DNA of 64,000 nt from the NCBI RefSeq assembly GCF_947568905.1, contig NC_079171.1, forward strand, positions 8,432,001 through 8,496,000, given 5' to 3'. Within the stretch, counting starts at the first letter, position 1; every line of letters starts with the position of its first letter. The notes beneath the pieces are model-generated. The model was not told the origin of the DNA. It saw nothing but the letters and a program-made list of their open reading frames with translations, and ran no database searches. This DNA is from Ostrea edulis. Lineage: Eukaryota. The position numbers and the translations under genes were made by a program. Shown here one piece after another: positions 33,706 to 45,714 of the stretch.

Positions 33706-34364
33706 TTAAAATTTGCGTCATTTTCTTTTAATTTAATCTCATTTAAAATGACAGAAAATAGTTCAAATGACTAGATAAGAGATAATTTTAAGTGTTAAAA
33801 AATCTGTAAATTCCAAGAGCTCCCGGGGGCTTCACACCCTTCGTCTCCACCAACGTGACCACCAGACCCCCCTGCCTCATTAACTTGCGCCTCTATAACT
33901 GCAATTCCTGGATCCGCCCTTGGTATGTACATTTTTAGGAAGTTCCGAAATTCTGAAAACTGCGTTTGCGTCTAAATTTAGCATTTCTAATCTTGGAATA
34001 CCATATACAACTGTCATCAGCGTATCACTGTATTAAATTAGCCTGTATATAAATCGAATTTAAACCTTAACCCCCCCCCCCCCTTAAAATCAGATTAGGC
34101 CTACTTATGTTCCTCATAGCTTTCCATCTGTCTGACTACTTTGCCTACGTCACAGTTTTGTCCCGTTTCTGGAGACATTTTCTGCACGTCGATGTTCCAA
34201 ACAGTTTAGACTTTAGATCTAGCAAGGACTGTGAAATGTGTGCCTTTTGTGATTGTTGACAATGACGATGTCGACAATCGTCACTTCATCAACAGACATC
34301 ACGGTGTGTTCCCTTTGTTTCGGAAAAATCAAAACACCGAGGCTACAACGGGTTCGCCGAATTT

Positions 34365-34381
34365 GAAATGAAAACGAAAGT
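34365..34381 (+). promoter_or_regulatory. ISRE/IRF-E-like element before TRIM copy 1
   Basis: GAAATGAAAACGAAAGT, ending 18 nt before the ATG. Confidence 0.5.
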
Positions 34382-34399
34382 TGATTTGTAATTTAAAAG

Positions 34400-36271
34400 A
34401 TGGCCACATCCCTAGACAGCTCTTCGATGGAGGACGTTACATTGTGTTCGATATGTTTCGAAAAGTTCAAGTCGCCGAGGTTTTTACCGTGTACACATTC
34501 CTTCTGTCACGGTTGTTTATCTTCCTACATTGTAAATGTGTGTAAATCTACGGAGCCTCGTTTGGGATTTAATTGTCCATTATGCCGCGAGTACACACCC
34601 TGTCCTGGAGCCTTCGATAAGTCAGACGAGTGGGCGGGGCTATTTCCTGTGAATGAAGTTTTAGAGACAATCGTTAAGAAACCTGATGGGAAGTTATGTG
34701 ATGCCTGTTTACGAGAAAACGAAAGTGAAAACGCTATCGGGTTTTGCTTGTCTTGTTCTGAATATTTATGTAAGATGTGTACCAAATATCACAAAAGGCA
34801 ATTACACTCAAGAGACCATACCATATGTCAATTAAACGAGATGAAATCAGAGAACATATTTCCTGAATCAAGAAATATCCACGGTTGCCCTGAACATAAA
34901 AAGGAAACAATAAAATTCTTCTGTAACGATCACCAGCAGTCCTGTTGTTCAGTGTGTATAGGAACAAAACACAGAAAATGCGAAAGTGTTGATACTGTCG
35001 AAGATGCGGCCAAAAATATAAAAGAAAATGGCCAACTGGATGCTCTTTTGGGTGATGTGAAGAACCTGGAAAAGAAACTGACAAAAGCAAAGAGCGAACA
35101 AGAAAAGAATGTAGCAGAAATAGAGAATTCAGTGGACGAAATCATAGAGAAAACAGAAAGGGAATTCAAGGAACTTGTTGATCACCTAGAAATACTGAAG
35201 AACAAACATTTAGATGAAGTAGCAGGTGCCCTGAAGAAAGGAAGGAGGAAGTTAAGTGATTGTACAAATGCACTTACTGATGGTATACAGTGTACAAATT
35301 ACTGCTGTCGGAATATTGAAAGAGTTAAAGAGACGGAGAATGACGCTGAGATGGTTACTACTTATTACAGAGAGAAAGAGAGGCTCTTACAGCTTGAACA
35401 GTTTAAATTCACGAAGATAAATATAGCGATATCGGAAAAGAAGTCACAGGTTTTGAAAGAAGTGAGAAATATGGAAACTTTTGGAGATATTGAATATGCT
35501 GAGTCTGATCATCGCATCACATACGATGTACATGACATTGCGTTATCTTTAGTTTCTGAATTCAGCATTGCTGGAGGAAGTCCGAGTGTGCAAACTGGAA
35601 ATTTTCTGTCAAATGGTAACTTTGTAGCTGCAGACTACAGAACTAGTGGCTGTTGTTTTATTTATAACAAAGACTGGAAATCCATGGAAGTCATTGATGG
35701 ACTGACTCACCCTTTTGAAGCAATACAAGCTGGAGAGGAACTACTGGTGACGTGTTATGAAACTAGATCTATAGAAGTTTTTTCTGCGTCTGATTTACAT
35801 AAACTGCGAAGTGTCAATATAAACGAATATGTGTTTGGAATAACAAAACACAATGGAGCGTGTTATGTAGCATGTGGAAATAAAATTCTAAAAATTGATA
35901 TGTCTGGTAAAAAACTGAAAGAATATAAAGTTGAATGGGGTACTATTAACATAAGTACAACAAAACATGGACACCTTGTGTACAGTAACCCTTCCCTTAA
36001 TACAGTAACCGCAATCACCGATCAGGGAGACACCGTCTGGCAGTATAAACATATCAAAATGAAAGAACCCCGTGGACTTGATATAGACTCTGTCGGTAAT
36101 ATCTTTGTTGCCGCTACAGGAAGTGACAATATCCACGTGTTGTCTGGTGCTGGCAGTCTCATTAGGATTATCGAGGATATTCTACAGCCAGTGTTTATTA
36201 AACTAATGGAGGAGAGGAGTATATGTTGTGTGTGTAGCAATCGCAAAATCATGAAAGTGTATAAACTGTAG
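34400..36271 (+). CDS. Intronless TRIM E3 ligase-like protein, copy 1 (RING-Bbox1-Bbox2-coiled coil-NHL-like propeller), 623 aa
   Basis: C3HC4 RING CSIC...CTHSFCHGC...CPLC; B-box1 CDAC...CLSC...CKMC...H; B-box2 CPEH...CNDH...CSVC...H; heptad region; C-terminal PRGLDIDSVGNIFVA-type blades; AATAAA just after the stop. Confidence 0.93.
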   Translation: MATSLDSSSMEDVTLCSICFEKFKSPRFLPCTHSFCHGCLSSYIVNVCKSTEPRLGFNCPLCREYTPCPGAFDKSDEWAGLFPVNEVLETIVKKPDGKLCDACLRENESENAIGFCLSCSEYLCKMCTKYHKRQLHSRDHTICQLNEMKSENIFPESRNIHGCPEHKKETIKFFCNDHQQSCCSVCIGTKHRKCESVDTVEDAAKNIKENGQLDALLGDVKNLEKKLTKAKSEQEKNVAEIENSVDEIIEKTEREFKELVDHLEILKNKHLDEVAGALKKGRRKLSDCTNALTDGIQCTNYCCRNIERVKETENDAEMVTTYYREKERLLQLEQFKFTKINIAISEKKSQVLKEVRNMETFGDIEYAESDHRITYDVHDIALSLVSEFSIAGGSPSVQTGNFLSNGNFVAADYRTSGCCFIYNKDWKSMEVIDGLTHPFEAIQAGEELLVTCYETRSIEVFSASDLHKLRSVNINEYVFGITKHNGACYVACGNKILKIDMSGKKLKEYKVEWGTINISTTKHGHLVYSNPSLNTVTAITDQGDTVWQYKHIKMKEPRGLDIDSVGNIFVAATGSDNIHVLSGAGSLIRIIEDILQPVFIKLMEERSICCVCSNRKIMKVYKL

Positions 36272-39224
36272 ATTTTGTTAATTTTGTCGTAATAAAATAT
36301 TCAGAAAAAATCAACATTAATGTTTATATGAAAATTGTCTTATCCATATACATTGCTAGTATTACCTTCATTCTAAGAAACTTTGTTATCTCACCAAAGT
36401 ACTAATGAGTATCAGCTGTAATTTTTTTCTGCCTTAAATTAAAGGCACAAAACACCGTTTTTTAGAAAAAGCAAAGGTTGAATTTTGAGACTTAAAATTC
36501 ATAAACTAAAGTTGCCTAAATAAATTTGCCGAAACTCTGATTTCTTAAAGGGGTGGAACCCATCCGTTTAATTCATAACTTTTACACTTTTATTTTTCTC
36601 TTTCACTACTGCTATCCAAAATAATGGTAGAGACGACAGTAGGCACCCAATTATGATACATCTTTATTTCCATATGTAGGGGATCACAGATTTTGGATTT
36701 GTTTTAGCACAAACAATATTTAGCCTGGTCTATCTAATTGTCCAATTAGTTCTGTTATTAAGTTAATGTGAATATTTGTTCCTGTGTCAATGCTTTAAAC
36801 TATGGATACAATGCTAGATATATGGGATCTCACATGGTTCGTGATTTGATGCGACTTATATTCAACGAGTTGTGTGTTTTCTCTCCCTGAGACACAAACC
36901 ATGAGATGTTCTTTTTATCACATGTTAACCCCTAAGGCTATTCATTTATGTTGCTGTATTGTTGAGAATTTTACTTCCCGACATGTAAAATTTACGTTTA
37001 TTTGTGACGTCACAAACGGTGTAGGAAATAATAGGTTACATGTATGTAGTGATATATCCATTGAATACAGGAGTAAACATCTGATAAATGTCGTGGACAA
37101 CATACTGACGGGAATGGACTGATGTGTGATGATAATTTGAATATTTCTTCATGTGGGACAGAACATGTTGACATTTTTCATTCTACATAATATTCTAAAT
37201 CATTACAGTTTGTCATTCTTTCTGTTTTCATGTCCTAGGAATAATTTAATGTTGCATGTATTACATTTTCACGGATAACCGTGCTAGAATGGGATAAATG
37301 ATAAAATCACAAAAACAAATTACATATTTATTTGGTATACAACTAAAATTTAAGTTTCTGGAGACACAAATGCCAAATAGTAAACCTTTATAGCTATTGT
37401 TATATCGTTCTTGTAATTGCTGCATACTAAGTAACACGTTAAAATATGTAAATTCGTAAAATGTGTATAGATAATATATATATTTTTTTAAAAACATCCA
37501 TGGATGAAATTCAGATCGGCAAGTTTCATCATTTCCTCGACCCGCTGTAAATGGATTAACAAACGGCTGGTCGTGTTTACAAAGTAATCGTATGTACATA
37601 AACATAAGATGATATTTATTTTTCCCTCTTCTTTTAAAATTTCTTATGTAGCTCGGATTTTGTAATTCTTGTACAGTGGAGTTGGGTATCTGACATGTTC
37701 CAGTAATAGCACTTTCTCCCCTTTCTTTGGAACATTTTCATCCATGAGATTGACCTGAGCTTTCTTTCATGTTATAAAAGTATCAGGAACTCCCTTGGTT
37801 CATGGAGTGTTTCATTCATTGCAGTTCCAAAGTGCAGTGGTTTTGTTTCTTCATTTTCAGCCAATCTAACTTCATAATTTTTTCTTTTTTATGTCAAAAA
37901 ATATCAATCCTCGTAACACTCCTTGTTCCATAAGACCCATACCTCAACATCGTGAAAGGTAAAGACAACAAGCAGTCATCAATCTTTAATTGAATTTGGG
38001 TGAAAACGTCAACATTTATACCTGCAGATTTATTTCGCACAGACATTTCAACAAGAAAAAGTACTGCCTTATGAAATAAAATAGGTCAAATACAAACATA
38101 TACCGACCATTTCATTTGTTAATCAATATTATTTCAAAAATTATTTGGATTCGAAATTTAGGCTTCAGGCTATTCTCACTTGACTTTTGCGACAAGAGAT
38201 GACTTTTACAATGAACGATTGTCTTAGAAACGAACTTGATAAACGGAAACCGTTTTTGGTGATACTATAAAGCGGGATATATTCTATTGGGTTCGATTTC
38301 ACTATATTCGCGATTGTATTAAGGATCGTGAAAATAAAACCATCACAAAATTGTGTTCATAGTAATTTTGGGTATGAGTTTATCTGAAGGTAATGGTTCT
38401 ACCTTAGTCTATCGCCTGTACTTGATATTGAATATATGAGTTTATGGACAAAAGTAATCTTTAATATGTGCATTCATCGTTTTTCAAACACGAAACTATA
38501 AAACATGTACAAAGTAGCATTCAATCACCATTAGGAGTCAATATTAATACGTGTAGTTACACCCTCAGCGCACAGACATATTTAAATGCCAACAAATACA
38601 AATGCACATGATCATATCGTTTTGTTTTGATAGAAAATCGACAGCCTACACAAACCACTTAACATGAAGGAGTTTAATCAAAGATAATTTTTTGCGAATT
38701 TCCAGAACTTTAAGATTTCGTTCGACTTGACTTGCGTAATAATTTGGAAATTCTGTTTGGGGCAGAGACTTAAAATCACTGTTAATTTGTACATAAAGAG
38801 GTTGAAGGCGGTTAGTGCAGGTTTCAGTACAAAACAACTATAATGCCCTTTTCATCAATAAGTTTAAAAAACCTCTGTCCCATCGCCCTTTAAAACATCA
38901 AAATTGCAAACTGCTTTTTTATTCAAGAAGTCACGCCCCTCAAAATATTTTTTCCACATAACGACTCAGTTTAGGATGTTCTCAAATTAATTTCATTCAG
39001 TTAGGAGATCATGACGAAGGTGGCATTTTTAGTAATTCCTTGGTAAAAAAGAACTGATAGTAAAGTTGATATCTGGGTTTGTCGTCGTATCCTTTAATTG
39101 GGAAATGTTTTGAACCTGTAGCATGCACGACATTATGAAAATTACACAGCTATTTCTCATTTAACATTTCTTAAATCATTTGATTCGTAGATTTTATAAT
39201 GATAAAATCATCAAAAAAAAGATA

Positions 39225-39450
39225 CCGCATAGCAGGGGTTTTCCGTGGGGTGATAAATTTGGCTTATTTTAGCGGTTAAATAGCTTTCCGCCAAAATTTC
39301 ACTCTCCAAATATGCACCCAATTGCGACTTCAGTATCTGCAAGAGAGATACGACTTCCTTGTCCGCCAAAATTGTTTACCTTAAAATTATTAGTATACCT
39401 TTGAGCAAGTAATTGCTAAATTTCAAACCAGCGGAAAACCGCTAAACGGT
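39225..39450. mobile_element. TACCG-terminated MITE; relatives at ~65-290 and 63696-63935
   Basis: taccgcatagc.../...gctaaacggta inverted ends. Confidence 0.6.
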
Positions 39451-42400
39451 AACTGGGCAGTTATTATTGAAACATAAGATTTTAACTGATCGCTCTATTG
39501 TCCATTACCCACATGGGATGATGCTGACACCAGTTTGGTTCCAATTAATTACAAGTGAGCCAGAAATGTTATGTTTTTGGCTTTAGAGTAAATTCGTTCA
39601 AAGTCAGTTGGCAACGTATTCGTGCCTTTAGTGGCCTTCCGCTTTCTAAAACTCATTCTGGAGAGTAATGATTTTCCCGATCACTATTAATAGTGCTTCA
39701 GACAATGCTCTTATTTTTGATACATAAAACTCCCTGCACCTATCATTAAATTTTTGTATTAACAACACTTTTAGACGCACATGTCTGAAATCATCGTATT
39801 TCCCCAAATTCAAGGGACGTCGATGGGGAGAATATTCCTAACTGTAATCTTCTTTATATTTATTTGCAAAATCATATGTAACTTTTGATGGTCCATTATC
39901 AATGTATATTTAGTTATTCTTTAACGTGTAGCAGGCGAATTTGTATCATATAATCCCTAGTTACGTTTTTGCAACAGAATCCTGAGAACTTTTTTCCACA
40001 GAGTCATTGTGCACGTCTGTGATTCCTGCATCTTCAAGGTCGTCTATCTTCTGAGGATCAGGGTAGAATTGACAATGGGGGAGCACTAACCCTTGGGGAT
40101 TGTTCTTTCTTAACAAATGTAGAAGTAACATCAATGAACAGATGTAAACCTCTTGGATTCGAAAATACTAGTGAACAAAACTCAAATTTACAAGTGACAA
40201 TTTTTGTCTTAATAGCTGAAGGGAAAACTCATTACCAGCTATAATGAAAACTTATCCGAAGGTAAAAACGTATGTATAATGTTTTATACAAAACACGGGA
40301 GGTAATCGAAATATTCGAAGGTGTTAATCCGCAACATTCAAACCATCGTGAAACATCGAAGGACAAAACTCGCGAAAATTAGTCCTGCAAAGTTAAAGCC
40401 CCTTTAGTACATGGTCAGATATAAAGTGTAGCTAGGTAACTGATGCATCATGAACAAATGAAATATCAATTTTAAATGCTGGAGAATGTAGGAGTGTATA
40501 CATTCAAGCTTTAACTACGCTGATTTCGTGCATCTATACGTTTAATCTTGGGTTGTATCCATGTGATCGATGCATATACCTACACATTCATTTGTATTTA
40601 CATATCCTACTGCTTTTTCTGTGATAGCCTTTGAATCTTCAGGCTAATTATCTTTCTGTGAACAACATTTTGTAAATCAGCGCGTTCCATAATGTCTTTT
40701 GAAATGTACACGGAATGTGATGGGTATTTCAAATGCACTAAATGTGTGTAATGAGTGTCAAGTGTTATCTATATGTGGGGATTATTACACTAGGAAAGTC
40801 ATTTTATGTGTAACGACGGATATCTAAGTAGTAAATGATGGGTGGATTTCAGGATTTCAGGTCGGTCTCTGATATTGCATGAGCTATTCTGTCTTTTAAC
40901 CCCGAACTCTCAACGTCTGACAATGTTTTTTCCTCAGCATTTTAGTGATATTCGTCTAGTCTCTGTAAGTTGTCTGGTTTACAGTTGATATTTGTTTACG
41001 AGTGTCTTTCTGGTGTTGTTCAATGTATAGAAAATAACTTTGATATTGTAGTTTTTAGGAAAGGGGAAATTGAGTCATTTCATAAAACTTTATTTTTCCT
41101 TTTTCAAATTTAGGTTAACATTTTGAATTTTGTAAATGATTTTTCCAATTGGTAGACGGGTAGTTCTCAGTGTATGCACATGGATTCACTGTGTTACGCC
41201 TTTGACATATTCAGTTTTGTTAAGTGTGGTAACACGAATATTATAAAAAAAAAATTCCAAAATATATATGTGTAGCTTCTTATCTTTAGCTCTTCAACAA
41301 AACACGTAGGCGGACGAGAGCTACCTTTCAGAAAAACCGTTCCTGCACTTCACAGAAAATTACACTAACAGTTGAATCGGCAAAATCGCTATATTCTTGC
41401 ATCGCCGTCTCAAAGAACTAATACAAAAACTTCTTATATGTTTCCTCGATAAATTTGTGTCCAAACTCACCTCCAAACATTCATTAAAGTCTCTTGTCAA
41501 CTGAACACACGCCATACCTTCAAAGCATTTCGTTTGTAGACGCTACCATGTTAGTTAGCAGTCAATTAGAACCCTGCTGATCTTTGTATCTATCCATTGT
41601 ATCCAATATGTACGTATTCGGTGTTCATTTATAATAAACACAAACACTGGACATAAAATTCGTGAATGTTTGGACACAAGTGTAGTGGGGAAAATGTTGG
41701 AATTTTTTTTATATATTATGATATGGCGATGACAAAATACAGCGATATAAGGCCTCAATCGCGCGCTGTGAATTGAAGGATTTTATAAGGGGTTATTTCC
41801 CAGAGAGCTACATATCTGAAGCTAAATAGATATATATGTGATTCCGAACTTCTTGTACGTTTAGGATGCTTTGTGTTGTATATGTGTGGATGACTGAATA
41901 AAGCTGTATAACAAATTTATACATTTTGTAATAAACAAACGACAAAGTATTCCTTTACACAACATTTATTCATATAATGACAGTCAGGGTTTATCATCAT
42001 GCCTTTACAAACCCACCTAACTAGAAGGTACGGGTATTTTATCTACCATTTACTCACACATATACTCTAATGTGCATTCATTCAAAGATAATAAAAAAAA
42101 GAGGAAAAGGGATAGAAAAGAATGAAGTTTCTCTGGATTATGATATGTACAGATTAATGTTAATCTGATAGGTTGTCAAGTGTACATGTATATCAAATGT
42201 ACTGTTATCACATTGATAATACCTTAAATACACCAATGCTAATGTATACAATTACATATATCTCCTACATCATATAAAACTATAAATCCATGTCACGCAT
42301 TCCATTTCTTCGTAAAAACATCAACATAATCATTTTTAAATTCTAACTGCCTTTCTACGTTGTACACAGTTGTGCAAGTGTTAACAAACTTTTTCAACAA

Positions 42401-42929
42401 ATGAAGATTGGCTCTATATTTACAATGATATACAAATACTTTAAATAATAATCAATCAGACTGATCATTTCATTTTCTGAGCTAACCAGCAAAAAGTTTT
42501 TTTTTAATCAGCAACAATATTTACTGCCAAAAAATCCGTAAACCAGGACTGCATATTCTTTTACATTAAAATAACATTTTCACAAAACGCAAAGTCTAAT
42601 AAACTTACAATCGATTCATAATAATGCATTGGCTTTGGGGAAAAACAACTTAAACATGAATCGAAGTATATGTGAGAGTTAAAATTTTACATATATGTAT
42701 GTTTGAAAAATAAAGACTGAATTAATGACCTTGTGGGTTTATTTTGACAATTGTCAGGCAAATCAAAGAAGTTCAGATGTTTTAAACCGCAACGGGCATA
42801 CCGCAATACTATACCAACAATTCGACATTGCATATGTTTAACGATTTCCTGTTTTAATACAATACGCATATTTAAATGTCCAAGTAAGCTCATAACAGTA
42901 CTAATCAGCCCTCTTCGCAAAATTTCCAT

Positions 42930-43100
42930 ATGTAAAACTTATACGGCATCAATTTAGATGCACCAGATGCGCATTTCGACAAATAATGTTTCTGCAGTGA
43001 TGCTCAACCGAAATGTTTAAAATCCGAAATAGCAATGAAGTTTTAGAGCTATTATAGCCAACAACAGCGTGCCAAAAAAGTGGAGTCAAATTCGTCTAAT
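42930..43100 (-). mobile_element. 5'-truncated retrozyme-like copy
   Basis: Reverse complement matches the 3' ~170 nt of the 61994-62377 element and ends at gtataagttttacat. Confidence 0.65.
42960..43003 (-). ncRNA. Degenerate minimal type I hammerhead ribozyme motif (copy A)
   Basis: Reverse strand reads GCATCA CTGCAGA AACA TTATT TGTC GAA ATGCGCAT C TGGTGC; core A6>C and the first helix II pair is broken. Confidence 0.7.
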
Positions 43101-43274
43101 CCTAATGTATACAATTACGTATGTATCCTAGATCATCAAAAATCTTTGAAATGCACTTTATTTCTTCTCAAAACCATCACCATAATCTTTTCTTAAAAGC
43201 TAACTGCCTTTTTACTTTGTACACATTTGTGCAAGTGTTAACAAAGTTATTCAAGAAATGCGGATTGAATCTAC

Positions 43275-43412
43275 ATTAAAATAGCTAAAATAGCTCTAGC
43301 AATTTATCGTTATTTCGGATTTCAAACATTTCAGTTGAACATAACTGAAGATACATTATTTGTCGAAATGCGTATCTGGTGCATTAAAATTGGTAACGTA
43401 TACGTTTTACAT
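43275..43412 (+). mobile_element. 5'-truncated retrozyme-like copy
   Basis: Matches the 3' ~140 nt of the family; same 3' end. Confidence 0.65.
43339..43382 (+). ncRNA. Degenerate minimal type I hammerhead motif (copy B)
   Basis: ACATAA CTGAAGA TACA TTATT TGTC GAA ATGCGTAT C TGGTGC; core intact, helix I and II mismatches. Confidence 0.7.
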
Positions 43413-44271
43413 TTCCAACAATATACAAAATACTTTGAATAATAAGTAATCAAACCAAAAAATGAAATGATCAACATTTCATTTTTTGAGATAAACAGCG
43501 ACTGTTGTTTTTTTTATCAACAACATTTACTGCCAAAAAATTCCCTAAACTATAAACTTATATTCGATTCATAATAATGCATTGACGTTGTAAAACTTGA
43601 ACATCAATCGTGATATATTTGCCATATATGTATGCATGCAAAAAAAAAAAAACAACAAACAACTGAATTAATGGCCTTGTGGGTTTATTTAACTCAGGCA
43701 AATCAAATAGTTTCAAATGGTTTAAAACGTAACGGGCCTACCGCAATACTATACCAACCATTCGACATTGAATATGTTTAACGATTTCCTGCTTCAATAC
43801 AATACGAAGATTTAAATGTCCAAGTCAGCCGTTGACTGTACGAGTCAGCCCTCCTCGCAAAACTTCAATACGTCGTGTTGAGGCCTGGATCTTTAAATGA
43901 TGTCTACATTCGCCACCGTTTACTATTAGAAAGCACCGATATTTCAAAACCTGCATGTAGATCAAACGTTAATATTTCTAATCTCAGAAGAAGAACATCT
44001 TAACTGTCACTCACGTATCGATACATTGAAGCAGAGACTGTTTTTATTTCATTTACTCTTGCCTCACATAGGCTTCCTATTAAGGGTCTACGCCACAGTC
44101 TTGTCCCGTGACCCGTGGTATAGTGTGAATGAAAGTTTTCTCCCATAATCTCTTTCCACAGGAAGGACAGTGAAATTATTAGTTTGGTATGTGCTTGACA
44201 ACAGTTCATTTATAGACATTACGGTGTGTTCCATTTGTTTTCGAAAATTTAGACGCCGATTCGCCGGATTT

Positions 44272-44288
44272 GAAATGAAACCGAAAGT
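44272..44288 (+). promoter_or_regulatory. ISRE/IRF-E-like element before TRIM copy 2
   Basis: GAAATGAAACCGAAAGT, matches the GAAANNGAAA consensus. Confidence 0.55.
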
Positions 44289-44307
44289 TGATTTGTAATT
44301 TATAAAG

Positions 44308-45714
44308 ATGGCAACATCCCTAGACAGTTCTTCGATGGAGGATGTTACATTGTGTTCTATATGTTTCGAAAAGTTCAAGTCGCCGAGGTTTTTACCGTGT
44401 ACACATTCCTTCTGTCACGGTTGTTTATCTTCCTACATTGTTAATATGTGTAAATCTACAGAGTCGCGTTTGGGATTCAATTGTCCATTATGCCGCAGGT
44501 ACATACCCTGTCCTGGCGCATTCGATAAGCCAGATGCGCGGACGAGGCTATTTCCGTTGAATAAAGTTTTGGAGACAATCGTTAAGAAACCTGATGGGAA
44601 ATTATGTGATGCCTGTTTACGAGAAAACGAAAGTGAAAATGCTATCGGGTTTTGCTTGTCTTGTACTGAATATTTATGCAAGATGTGTACCAAATATCAC
44701 AAAAGGCAATTGCTCTCAAGAGATCATACCATATGTCAACTGAACGAGATGAAATATGGCAACATATTTCCCGAATCAGGAAATATCCATAGCTGCCCAA
44801 AACATAAAAGGGAAACTGTCAAATTCTTCTGCAATGATCACCAGCAGTCCTGTTGTTCAGTGTGTATAGGAAGAAAGCACAGAAAATGCGAAAGTATTGA
44901 TACTGTCGAAGATGCAGCAAAAAATATAAAACAAAATCGCCAACTGGATCTTTGCATCACGTACGATGTAAATTACATTGCGTTATCTTTAGTTAATGAA
45001 TTCAGCATTGATGGAGAAAATCCGATTGTGTGGACTGGGAATTTTCTGTCCAATGGTAACTTTGTATTTGCAGACTACATACCTCATGGCCGTTGTTTTA
45101 TTTATAACAAAGACTGGAAATCCACGGAAGTCATTGATGGACTGAGTTATCCTTTTGAAGCAATACAAGCCGGAGAGGAGCTACTGGTGACGTGTGATGG
45201 AACGAAGTCTATAGAAGTTTTTTCTATGTCTGATTTGCATAAACTGCGAAGTGTCAATATAAACGAAACAGTGTATGGAATAACACAACACAATGGAGTT
45301 TGTTATGTAGCATGTGGAAATGAGATTATAAAATTGAATCTGTCTGGTAAAAAACTTAGAGAATATAAAGTCGAAGGCAATTACAATATTCACATAAGTA
45401 CAACAAAAGATGGACATATTGTGTACAGTAACTGTTCGCTGAATACAGTAACCGCCATCACGGACCAGGGAGACACCGTGTGGCAGTATAAACATATCAA
45501 AATGAAAGTACCCCGTGGACTTGATGTAGACTCTGTCGGTAATATCTTTGTTGCCGCTAGAGGAAGTGACAATATCCACGTGTTGTCTGGCGCTGGCAGT
45601 CTCATTAGGATTATCGAGGATATTCCACAGCCAATGTTTATTAAACTAATGGAAGAGAGGGATATATGTTGTGTGTGTAGCAATCGCAGAATCATGAAAG
45701 TGTATAAACTGTAG
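44308..45714 (+). CDS. Intronless TRIM-like protein, copy 2, lacking the coiled coil, 468 aa
   Basis: Colinear with copy 1 except for an in-frame deletion of ~156 codons between KNIKQNRQLD and ITYDV; ORF otherwise intact. Confidence 0.88.
   Translation: MATSLDSSSMEDVTLCSICFEKFKSPRFLPCTHSFCHGCLSSYIVNMCKSTESRLGFNCPLCRRYIPCPGAFDKPDARTRLFPLNKVLETIVKKPDGKLCDACLRENESENAIGFCLSCTEYLCKMCTKYHKRQLLSRDHTICQLNEMKYGNIFPESGNIHSCPKHKRETVKFFCNDHQQSCCSVCIGRKHRKCESIDTVEDAAKNIKQNRQLDLCITYDVNYIALSLVNEFSIDGENPIVWTGNFLSNGNFVFADYIPHGRCFIYNKDWKSTEVIDGLSYPFEAIQAGEELLVTCDGTKSIEVFSMSDLHKLRSVNINETVYGITQHNGVCYVACGNEIIKLNLSGKKLREYKVEGNYNIHISTTKDGHIVYSNCSLNTVTAITDQGDTVWQYKHIKMKVPRGLDVDSVGNIFVAARGSDNIHVLSGAGSLIRIIEDIPQPMFIKLMEERDICCVCSNRRIMKVYKL

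Noticed and set aside
41535-41944. Solo LTR (TG...CA with AATAAA)
   Set aside because: No matching target-site duplication for either candidate start and no second copy in the window.
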